The position numbers were made by a program, and so were the translations under genes. A DNA stretch of 64,000 nucleotides, taken from NCBI GenBank assembly GCA_965219415.1, contig CBDCNP010000002.1:2400001-2464000 (forward strand). The letters are read 5' to 3'. Numbering within the stretch: position 1 is the stretch's first letter; the number at the start of each line of letters is the position of its first letter. The notes below the pieces were generated by a model that did not search any database, was not told where the DNA came from, and worked only from the letters and a program-made list of their open reading frames with translations. Shown in pieces: positions 30,178 to 38,080 of this stretch. Origin of the DNA: Candidatus Marinacidobacterales bacterium (GTDB lineage Bacteria; Acidobacteriota; Vicinamibacteria; Marinacidobacterales; DATDRI01).

Positions 30178-30819
30178 ATGCCTGACGTATTGACCAAACC
30201 GGTTGCCAAGGCGGGAGGAGGCGGCATTGGCATCGGCGCAGACGCCGGTGATTTCGGCGATGGAAGAGGGCGCGAAGGCTCGCCTCCGTTCGACACGGCG
30301 CGTCTGGGACTCTGGGTCTTCTTGGGCTCGGTCACAATGCTCTTTGCGGCCTTCACGAGTGCTTATCTCGTACGGCGTGCCGGATCGGATTGGGCTCCCC
30401 TTCAAATACCATCGGTGTTGTGGGTGAGCACCGCAGTGCTGCTTGCGAGCAGCGTCACCATGGAACTGGCGCGTCGCTACTTCCAGGACTGGAAACCGCT
30501 GGCCTCCCGAAAGTGGATGGCGGCGACGTTCGTCCTCGGCGTGTCGTTCATCTGTGGACAGCTGCTGGCGTGGCAGCAGCTCGCCGATCAGGGAATCTTT
30601 CTCCAGAGTCACCCGCACAGCTCGTTCTTTTATGTGTTCACCGCGGTCCATGCAGTACACGTACTGGGAGGGATTGCGGCGTTGCTCTACGTGCTGGTTC
30701 AGTCGTGGCGTTACAAGCTGGCGCCGGGGATTTCGAGCGCCCCGGCTTTATGCGCGACGTACTGGCACTTTGTGGATGCGGTCTGGATCTATCTGTTCGT
30801 AGTTTTGTTCGTGATCTAG
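30178..30819 (+). CDS. coxC: Cytochrome c oxidase subunit III-like (first copy)
   Basis: GLWVFLGSVTMLF, HAVHVLGG and YWHFVDAVW. Confidence 0.9.
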   Translation: MPDVLTKPVAKAGGGGIGIGADAGDFGDGRGREGSPPFDTARLGLWVFLGSVTMLFAAFTSAYLVRRAGSDWAPLQIPSVLWVSTAVLLASSVTMELARRYFQDWKPLASRKWMAATFVLGVSFICGQLLAWQQLADQGIFLQSHPHSSFFYVFTAVHAVHVLGGIAALLYVLVQSWRYKLAPGISSAPALCATYWHFVDAVWIYLFVVLFVI

Positions 30820-30844
30820 GACCGGGAATGGTCAAGGAGGCAAG

Positions 30845-31459
30845 ATGAACCAAAGCGCAGCTAGCCAGACCGCCGAATCGGTCTGGGGGGGCGGCGTCGC
30901 TCCATTCGCCACCAGCTGGCAAAAGCTGATGATGTGGATCTTCATCGTGACGGACGGCCTGCTTTTTGGAGGCTTGCTGGTGGGATACGGGGTAATGCGG
31001 GTGGCGAACGGTAGCTGGCCTGATCAGGCTGAAGTATTTCACATGAACTTCATTGCCTTGATGACCTTCACCCTGATAACCAGCAGTCTCTTCATGGCGT
31101 CTGCGGTGGGTGGGGCTCAAGCGGGAAGAAAGTCCCACGTCACTTTGTACGTTTGGCTGACCATCGTAGGAGGCCTGAGCTTCTTGGGAATGCAGGCCTA
31201 CGAGTGGTCTACCGTCATCCACGAAGGGGCACGGCTGACCAGCAACCCGTGGGGAATCCCTCAGTTCGGTGCCTCTTTCTTCATTATCACCGGGTTCCAC
31301 GGAATGCACGTCGTCACTGGCGTGACGATTCTGTTGGTTGTGGGTATCCGTTCCGCGATGGGGCGTTACTCCGCGGAGGGTGTCGAGATTGCGGGTTTGT
31401 ATTGGCACTTCGTCGACCTGGTTTGGGTCTTCATTTTCGCCTTCTTCTATCTGATCTGA
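30845..31459 (+). CDS. coxC: Cytochrome c oxidase subunit III-like (second copy)
   Basis: KLMMWIFIVTD, TGFHGMHV and GLYWHFVDLVW. Confidence 0.9.
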   Translation: MNQSAASQTAESVWGGGVAPFATSWQKLMMWIFIVTDGLLFGGLLVGYGVMRVANGSWPDQAEVFHMNFIALMTFTLITSSLFMASAVGGAQAGRKSHVTLYVWLTIVGGLSFLGMQAYEWSTVIHEGARLTSNPWGIPQFGASFFIITGFHGMHVVTGVTILLVVGIRSAMGRYSAEGVEIAGLYWHFVDLVWVFIFAFFYLI

Positions 31460-31478
31460 CGCGCGGGGAGAGAAAAGG

Positions 31479-31790
31479 ATGACAACAGAGTCACATGGAT
31501 ACGGGATCTATTGGATCGTCTGGGGGGTCTTGCTGGTCCTGACCTTCGTGATGATCTTCATAGGCGACGCGGATCTGAGTTATTTGGCAAAAGCCTCTTT
31601 GTTAATGCTCGGAGCGGCCGCCAAGGCATCGTTGATCATCTACTACTTCATGCACATGCGCTTGGAGAAGGCGGGGCTTGCTGTTATCGTTCTCGTCGGT
31701 CTCTTTCTCACGGGTTCCCTGATGTTTGCCCTACCGGCATACGATGGATCGAACGTCTTCCAGCACCTGTTGTATCCGCCCGGCCATTAG
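31479..31790 (+). CDS. Cytochrome c oxidase subunit IV family protein
   Basis: Three TM helices with KASLIIYYFMHMRLE, positioned after subunit III. Confidence 0.85.
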   Translation: MTTESHGYGIYWIVWGVLLVLTFVMIFIGDADLSYLAKASLLMLGAAAKASLIIYYFMHMRLEKAGLAVIVLVGLFLTGSLMFALPAYDGSNVFQHLLYPPGH

Positions 31791-31796
31791 AGAGCG

Positions 31797-32063
31797 ATGT
31801 CTCTAACCAAACGTATCGCCGTCATGCTGGCCGTGGTGGGCCTGGTGGTCCTTCTGGCGGCGGGGCCGTTGGCCGCCCAGTGCGCCATGTGCCGCACCGC
31901 CCTCAGCGAGTCCCCCGAGGGCCGGCAGTTGCAGGGAGGGTTCAACAACGCCATTCTTTTCCTCCTTCCTTTCCCTTATCTCGTCTTCGGAACGCTCGCC
32001 GCAGCGATCTGGCTTTCCCGAAAAAAATCTCAAGCGGAAGGCCCGACTTCGCCCACCGCGTAA
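31797..32063 (+). CDS. Small CxxC membrane protein (AQCAMC type)
   Basis: Signal peptide ending LAA-QCAMCR, C-terminal TM helix; last gene of the cox operon. Confidence 0.7.
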   Translation: MSLTKRIAVMLAVVGLVVLLAAGPLAAQCAMCRTALSESPEGRQLQGGFNNAILFLLPFPYLVFGTLAAAIWLSRKKSQAEGPTSPTA

Positions 32064-32091
32064 AGCACGACTTGGGCTTCGTCGGGCAGGC

Positions 32092-32505
32092 TTAGAGCCA
32101 GTAAAGCATCCAATAAATCGTCACGCCGGTCACGGACACGTATAGCCAAATGGGAAGTGTCCACCGAGCGATCCGTCGATGGAGCTCGAACTGACCTTTC
32201 ACTGCTCGATAAAGGGTCATCAGGGCCAGTGGGAGGATGACGGCCGCTAGCGCGATATGCGAAATCAGAAGGGCGAAATAGACCGGACGCACCCAACCCT
32301 GTCCGGTGAAAGCTACCGAGCCCACTTGGTAGTGGTAGTAGAGGTAGGACGCGAGAAAGAGGCTCGAGGTAAGGAAGGCCGCGACCATGGACACCTGGTG
32401 CGCGCGGATGTTCTTCCGGCGGATGAAAAAGTAACCCGCCGCTAGGAAGCAGGCGGCCGTCCCATTCAGGGCCGCATTGACGCTGGGGAGGATGGAAGCG
32501 TCTAT
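32092..32505 (-). CDS. DUF420 family membrane protein (CtaM-like oxidase assembly factor); start uncertain, possibly ATA
   Basis: LPSVNAALN, HQVSM, FLASYLYYH, LISHIALA and HRRIARWTLPIWLYVSVTG. Confidence 0.85.
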   Translation of the reverse strand: MDASILPSVNAALNGTAACFLAAGYFFIRRKNIRAHQVSMVAAFLTSSLFLASYLYYHYQVGSVAFTGQGWVRPVYFALLISHIALAAVILPLALMTLYRAVKGQFELHRRIARWTLPIWLYVSVTGVTIYWMLYWL

Positions 32506-33491
32506 GACAGACCCCGGTTCTCCGCCACGGACATCGAGCCCATCGAGGATGTGGCTACCGGTGCGAGGTGTAGGAACGCCCGCAGCGTCAACAGCCACGA
32601 GGTGGCCAAGAGCAGCGCCCCCGTCGCTACGTGAGCCGTTGCCGGGAAGACCGCTCGAGAGGTCCAGACGATCGTCCCTCCTAGGAGCACCTGAACGACG
32701 ACGAGGCAAGAGAGCAGTATCGCCGGGCGAGTGAATCGGGGTTCGCTCGAATGCTCACGCCAAATACGACTCACTAGCCAACCCAAGGCCCCCACGACGA
32801 CCAGAGCAAACACCCGGTGAGCAAAATGAGTAGCCACCGGTGCGGTATCGAGCGGCGGCGCCAAGCCTCCGAAGACTAGCGGGAAGTCCGGAATCGCGAG
32901 CGCGGCTCCGGTGTGCCGCACCGTCGCACCCAGGATGAGTTGGACGTAGATGACTCCCGTTGCGATCAGTGCAACGGTTCGAAGTGACGGATGGGCTCGC
33001 TCCGTCATGCCCGCCGCGCTTTCCCATTCCTTAGACGTCGCGAAGGCGAGAAGGACGACGACACAGAAAAACGTCTGCGCCAACGTCGCGTGCGTGATCG
33101 AGATCGGCGTGGGGAGAAGAAAAATGACTGTAATCCCACCCAGTAGTCCCTGAGTGATGACCATTGCCAGTGCCGCCGCCCCTAGTCGTCGCACCCACCG
33201 GCGCGGCTCGGAACGCCACAGCCAGATCGCCAGGATCGTCGTCAACAAACCGACCAACGTAGCCACCATGCGGTGGCCATGCTCGTAGAGGATCCCACCC
33301 ACCATCGGAGGCATGAGCATGCCGTAGGAAAGGGGCCAGTCAGGGACGGCAAGCCCGGAGCCGGTACTCGTTACCAATCCGCCGGCCCAGATGAGCATCC
33401 ACGTGCATGAGGCGGTTAGGATCGCGAAGCGATGCAGCCAGCGTCGCCGGTTGGCGTGGTCAGATCGATCGGCTCTTTGCGAGCGGGACAT
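32502..33491 (-). CDS. ctaA: Heme A synthase (COX15/CtaA family)
   Basis: GGLVTSTGSGLAVPDWP, EHGHR, QGLLGG, H..LAQ, HFAHR and ATAHV. Confidence 0.9.
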   Translation of the reverse strand: MSRSQRADRSDHANRRRWLHRFAILTASCTWMLIWAGGLVTSTGSGLAVPDWPLSYGMLMPPMVGGILYEHGHRMVATLVGLLTTILAIWLWRSEPRRWVRRLGAAALAMVITQGLLGGITVIFLLPTPISITHATLAQTFFCVVVLLAFATSKEWESAAGMTERAHPSLRTVALIATGVIYVQLILGATVRHTGAALAIPDFPLVFGGLAPPLDTAPVATHFAHRVFALVVVGALGWLVSRIWREHSSEPRFTRPAILLSCLVVVQVLLGGTIVWTSRAVFPATAHVATGALLLATSWLLTLRAFLHLAPVATSSMGSMSVAENRGLS

Positions 33492-33572
33492 TAGTAACCA
33501 GAAAAGGAGATTTCTGAAGAGACGCGGCGGCGCTCGCCGCGCCTCTTCGGGTCTAGAAAGGCGCGTCCGAGA

Positions 33573-34343
33573 TTACTCGGAGGCTTTGAAGGAAAAGGAG
33601 ATTTCCTTGCTCTCCTTCTCACCGACCGTCACGTTCTGAGTCTGGGAGCCCAGTTTCTCGTGCCACGCTTCGACGACATAGTCGCCGGGAGGAAGATTTC
33701 CAATCTCGAACGAGCCGGTGGTGCCGGTGACGCCGAAGTAGGGATGGTCCAACACGCCGGCGTACGAGTTCATCCATTTGTGGACGTCGCACTTGAAAGG
33801 CACCATGACCTCGGTTTTCTCGAATGTCTTCTTGGTGGTGAGCCCCTTAATCGGTTGTCCGATGTTGAACTGTGGGTTCTTTTCAGGCATGGCGTGGATG
33901 TTGTGGAGCGTGTCATCGCTATTCACGACGTTCAAGTCTTGGCCAACCATGATTCCAAAAACGTGCGGGTGGTAGGTACAACCGTTTTGGTCGAGCACTA
34001 CCGCCTCACTAGGTGTGGGGAACTTGCGTCCACCGAGCCCGTCCTTCACATAAACGAACACATTTGCTAGTGTGCCGTCCGCATTAGCGACGACGAATTC
34101 AGTCTGCACCGGCGAAGTGTGCATTTTCGCGCACACCGGGTCGGCGCCCATCTGGATAGCTTTCTGCTCCGGGGCATCGCCCTCTAGGACTGCTTTTCCA
34201 GTGATGGAGCCAGCGGTTGCCGGGTCCACCGGCGGCGGAGCGGGCGTCGAGCTCTTTGCGGGAGCCGAACTCGGGGCTTCTTCGCCACCTCCACAACCTA
34301 CGAGTGCTAACGTAAAAAAGACAGCGAGAACTTGCTTGATCAT
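33573..34343 (-). CDS. Lipoprotein with cupredoxin-like core and carboxypeptidase-regulatory-like domain
   Basis: Lipobox LVGC, LDQNGCTYHPHV, NSDDTLHNIH, KCDVHKWM, HPYF and AWHEKLG. Confidence 0.8.
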   Translation of the reverse strand: MIKQVLAVFFTLALVGCGGGEEAPSSAPAKSSTPAPPPVDPATAGSITGKAVLEGDAPEQKAIQMGADPVCAKMHTSPVQTEFVVANADGTLANVFVYVKDGLGGRKFPTPSEAVVLDQNGCTYHPHVFGIMVGQDLNVVNSDDTLHNIHAMPEKNPQFNIGQPIKGLTTKKTFEKTEVMVPFKCDVHKWMNSYAGVLDHPYFGVTGTTGSFEIGNLPPGDYVVEAWHEKLGSQTQNVTVGEKESKEISFSFKASE

Positions 34344-34492
34344 TCAGTTCCTCCAGTAGAGTGCCATTTGGTCTATGGGACGGGCACTCGCCCTAGGGTG
34401 GCCCGCCTCCGTCAGCGTGTTCGGTGTGACTGCGGCGGGCAATCCCACGCGTTTAGCTGTGGGATTGGGGTAACCCGTCCTCAAAGCAGCTC

Positions 34493-34520
34493 AGTATACA
34501 GAAACCTCGAGACAAAGCAA
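34493..34520 (-). promoter_or_regulatory. Putative sigma70 promoter of the cupredoxin-ctaA-DUF420 operon
   Basis: TTGCTT-16 bp-TATACT on the minus strand. Confidence 0.5.
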
Positions 34521-34544
34521 CTAAGAGTCCACAGCGCGCCGTTT

Positions 34545-35979
34545 GAAAGTGTGCCAATCTTAGTTGGGAATTGAAACGGCTCCAAACCCCGTGGTTTGAT
34601 GGCGTTGGACAAAACAAAATCAAGCCGCGAAGAAAGGAGCCGAGATGGGAAGTCTGCTGCGTTCGGTCAAGAAACGCAAGAAGTCGCGTCGTTTGGGTGA
34701 GGTCGAGATGGTGAGGCACGAGGATTACGGGGAACTCGCGCTGGACGCCAAGGTAGAGATGATCCGTTGGTTGGTCCCCCTTGGTCTAATGCACGTTCAC
34801 GAGTTGCTCGACGACGAAGTGAAGGCGTTGGCGGGAGAGCGATACTCTCGCAAGGACGAGCTGGAGCGCGGTCGCCGTCCCGGAAGCAACCCGGGCACGG
34901 TAGGGCTTGGCGGCCAGCGGGTACCGATCCGTGTGCCACGGGTTCGGAGCATCGAGGGAGGAGAGATTCCGCTTCGCTGCTACGAGGCGGCGAGCCACGG
35001 CGGTGAGGTGAATGATCTTCTGCTGAAACGAGTTCTCTACGGAATCTCTTGTCGCAACTACGAGGCGGCAGCGGAAGCGATTCCGGGCGCCATCGGGCTG
35101 TCGAGCTCAACGGTGTCCCGAGGGTTCGTGCAAGCGAGCGCTGCGAAGCTGCGGGAGATGCAGGAACGGGATCTGACCGGCGAGGATGTGGTGGCGCTGT
35201 TTCTGGATGGGAAGACATTCGCCGAGGCAACGATGGTCGTGGCTCTGGCCATCACGCTTTGCGGGGAAAAACGCTTCTTGGGCTTCGTGGAGACGGACAC
35301 GGAGAACGCGCAGGTGTTGACGCCGTTCCTGCGTTCACTGCTCAAGCGGGGACTCGATATCTCCCAGGGTCTGCTGGTGATCATCGACGGCGGCAAGGGT
35401 CTCCAAGCGGCAGTCAAGAAGGCATTCCGTAAGCGGGCCCTGATACAACGCTGCCAGTGGCACAAACGTGAAAACGTAGTGAGCTACCTGTCCAAGGGCG
35501 AGCAGGCGTCATGGCGCAAGCGGCTCCAGTGGGCCTACAACAGGCCGGAGTACGAAGAGGCCCTCACTGCGCTCGAGCAACTCCACGGTGAGTTAGAAGA
35601 GCGGAACCAATCCGCAGCTGGCAGCCTGGAGGAAGGCCTCGAGGAGACGCTGACGTTGCATCGACTCGGCGTGCACGCGGTGCTGGGCCGTTCGTTCAAG
35701 ACGACGAACTGCCTTGAGTCCGTCAATGCTCTCGTCGAGGAACGCTGCGCGAAGGTCGACCACTGGAAGAACTCGAGCCAACGCCAGCGCTGGTTGGCAA
35801 CGGCGCTCGTAGACATCGAACCGCGCTTGAGGAAGGTGGTGGGCTACCGCCATCTTCCCAAGCTTCGCGAAGCTCTCAAGCGGGAACTGAAGATCGAGGC
35901 GAAGACGTCAACCGTATCGAAGAAGAAGGTCGCTTAAACGTGAGCCGTGGAGAGTTTCAACTAAGAATGGGCTTGACTC
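34545..35979 (+). mobile_element. IS256-family element, copy 2 (1435 bp)
   Basis: Same ends as copy 1; 8-bp TSD CGCCGTTT (34537-34544, 35980-35987). Confidence 0.95.
34645..35937 (+). CDS. IS256 DDE transposase
   Basis: 430 aa with three amino-acid differences from 9873-11165. Confidence 0.93.
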   Translation: MGSLLRSVKKRKKSRRLGEVEMVRHEDYGELALDAKVEMIRWLVPLGLMHVHELLDDEVKALAGERYSRKDELERGRRPGSNPGTVGLGGQRVPIRVPRVRSIEGGEIPLRCYEAASHGGEVNDLLLKRVLYGISCRNYEAAAEAIPGAIGLSSSTVSRGFVQASAAKLREMQERDLTGEDVVALFLDGKTFAEATMVVALAITLCGEKRFLGFVETDTENAQVLTPFLRSLLKRGLDISQGLLVIIDGGKGLQAAVKKAFRKRALIQRCQWHKRENVVSYLSKGEQASWRKRLQWAYNRPEYEEALTALEQLHGELEERNQSAAGSLEEGLEETLTLHRLGVHAVLGRSFKTTNCLESVNALVEERCAKVDHWKNSSQRQRWLATALVDIEPRLRKVVGYRHLPKLREALKRELKIEAKTSTVSKKKVA

Positions 35980-36506
35980 CGCCGTTTCGGAACCGAACGC
36001 GTCGTCTGGCTTAGCTGCGCGGCGTAGAGCTGTCGAAGGAGACTCGACTCGCGTTTGTAGAACCCTTCGGTATGAAAGGACTCCTCGAGCCCGAGTTGCT
36101 CGTAGTCGAGATGGTGACAGAGCTCGTGCAGAAGCGTTCGAAGGAATGTCTTGAACTTCACAACCTGGGCACGCTGAGCAGTTCGCATCCAGACCGAGAT
36201 TCGGTTGACGCCGTTTTCGCCCGGTTCATATAGACCATGTAGCTCACCGGTATCCCAGGACGGTCGTCGCCGGAGCACTTTGACCCTGAGTGGGGAAACG
36301 CCAAGCGACTCGGTAAGGCGTGACAGCAGCGCCTGCGCCGCCCGCTGGGTGGTGGGTTGGTTTTCTGCTTGGAGGGAGCGTGCGAGGGCGTCAACCAGTG
36401 TCTCGAAGTCTTTCGTCGACTCTAGCTCTACCTGTTCGATACCGTCGCTCTTGCGGTAGGTGTTCTTCTGATGAGCGCTGAGCCTCTGGTAGTAGGCGAA
36501 AGGCAT
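35961..36506 (-). CDS. Small HExxH zinc-metalloprotease-like protein
   Basis: ELHGLY..ISVW..TLLHELCHHLDY..SFHTEGF. The last codons are supplied by the IS256 end. Confidence 0.7.
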   Translation of the reverse strand: MPFAYYQRLSAHQKNTYRKSDGIEQVELESTKDFETLVDALARSLQAENQPTTQRAAQALLSRLTESLGVSPLRVKVLRRRPSWDTGELHGLYEPGENGVNRISVWMRTAQRAQVVKFKTFLRTLLHELCHHLDYEQLGLEESFHTEGFYKRESSLLRQLYAAQLSQTTRSVPKRRSQAHS

Positions 36507-36548
36507 ATCAGGTCTGCGGGGAGTATACCTCGTTTGACAGTTGAGTTT

Positions 36549-36646
36549 CCCTCACCCTATCCTCTCCCAGCCCGCCTCCGTCCGCCTCTGCTCATTGGAC
36601 TTCGGCGTGTCCGCCGAAGCTTTGGCGAAGGCGGAAGGGAGAGGTA
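36549..36646. repeat. Composite REP-like element
   Basis: CCCTCACCCTATCCTCTCCC...GGGAGAGG encloses GCCCGCCTCCGTCCG..GTCCGCCGAAGCTTTGGCGAAGGCGGAA; the reverse complement closely matches 51294-51372. Confidence 0.75.
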
Positions 36647-36657
36647 GTGTGAGGGGC

Positions 36658-37497
36658 ATGAGATTCTACAGCCATCACGTTCCGACGCTAGCTTTCATGG
36701 CTTGCTCTCTACTCGTCTGCTCAGGAGGGGAACGCCGAGACGCTCCGGAATCGCGAGACGATGCGCTCGCAGATGCCGGCTCACCGCGCGAGAACGAAAG
36801 CGCCCAGCCTCCGGCTTATGAAGCCATCACCGTCGATGACGGTGGTGCGGTCGCGGGTACTGTTCGTCTGTCGGCTTCTCTCCCACCGCTAGCCGAGAAA
36901 CCGGTGCTTAAAGATCAAGCCGTGTGCGGTGAACATACTCCGGATCTATCTCTAGAGTTGGGCAAGGACAACACCATCGCCAACGTGGTGGTTTCTTTGG
37001 TGGGCGCAGTTCGGGGAAAGGAAATGCCGAAATTACGAGAGCCGGCGAAGCTCGACCAGAGGAAATGCGTGTACCTACCCCACATCCAAGTTGTCCCCCC
37101 GGGAACTTCTGTCGATATCTACAACAGCGATCCGATCCTCCACAACGTGCACGCCTACATGAACGGCAGCGCAACGATCTTTAACCTAGCCCTACCTGTC
37201 CAGGGATTTCGAATACGTCGGAGGCTCGACGATCCTGGATTGGTGAGTTTGAAGTGCGATGCCGGCCACACGTGGATGAGTGGCTTTATCGTAGTGCAAG
37301 AACATCCCTACTATGCACTGACCACGGCAGATGGAGCCTATCTTATCGGAGATGTTCCTGCAGGAGAATATCGGCTCAGGACTTGGCACGAGTGGTTGGG
37401 TGAATCCGAAGTGCCGGTGGTCATTGAGACGGGTACGACGACGACAGTGGAACTGGAGTTAACGCCACCCGAGGAAGCAGAACGGGAGCCGTCCTAG
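36658..37497 (+). CDS. Exported cupredoxin-like/carboxypeptidase-regulatory-like protein (paralog of 33573-34343)
   Basis: LDQRKCVYLPH, NSDPILHNVH, KCDAGHTWM, HPYY and TWHEWLG. Confidence 0.78.
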   Translation: MRFYSHHVPTLAFMACSLLVCSGGERRDAPESRDDALADAGSPRENESAQPPAYEAITVDDGGAVAGTVRLSASLPPLAEKPVLKDQAVCGEHTPDLSLELGKDNTIANVVVSLVGAVRGKEMPKLREPAKLDQRKCVYLPHIQVVPPGTSVDIYNSDPILHNVHAYMNGSATIFNLALPVQGFRIRRRLDDPGLVSLKCDAGHTWMSGFIVVQEHPYYALTTADGAYLIGDVPAGEYRLRTWHEWLGESEVPVVIETGTTTTVELELTPPEEAEREPS

Positions 37498-37889
37498 AGG
37501 GGTGAATCGTTCTGCAACGGTTGCCGGCCGGTAAAACCAGCGTCCACTTCGTGCCAAAAGCTCACTTCTTGCTCGCCGAGCTTCCAGCAGAGGTAGACCT
37601 CGCGGCCTTCCCAAACCGTGGGGAAATCGATGAGACCACTCTCGAGATCTTTGAGCTGACATCCTTGAGAACAGATCTCCGATGTGATTCCTTGGATCCG
37701 TCCGACCAAGTGCATATAGGCGGTGTCCACAGGGATGCCTCCGCGAACGATGACGTCTTGAAGGTTGGGGGTATAGTTTTCTACGTTGCTCTTCAGTCCC
37801 TGGTAGATCGAGCGGATCTGGCACAATCGCTCGGTAAGGAAAGGGATCAACTCGTTGGCTTCCAGCACCGTGAAGACGCGTCTATCCAT
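37494..37889 (-). CDS. DUF2203 family protein
   Basis: FTVLEANELIP...KDLESGLIDFP...VYLCWKLGE..FWHEVDAGFTGRQPL. Confidence 0.88.
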   Translation of the reverse strand: MDRRVFTVLEANELIPFLTERLCQIRSIYQGLKSNVENYTPNLQDVIVRGGIPVDTAYMHLVGRIQGITSEICSQGCQLKDLESGLIDFPTVWEGREVYLCWKLGEQEVSFWHEVDAGFTGRQPLQNDSPL

Positions 37890-38080
37890 TGTCTAGGAGT
37901 TTAGCCAAAACGGCCTGGGCGAACAAACCGCCTGGTGCTGGGAAGGCGCCTTGGGGGCAACTCCTCCTTGTGCTACAATCCCAAAGGTCTTAACTGGACG
38001 CTTGGCTCTGTTGATTGCCCCCCCGAGCCGTTGATGAAGGCGAGAATCTCGATCGAACTGGAGCTAACGAGGAACACAAC

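Noticed and set aside
32506-32709. Long N-terminal extension of the DUF420 ORF
   Set aside because: It overlaps the ctaA C-terminus and looks non-coding; family similarity begins at about 32505.
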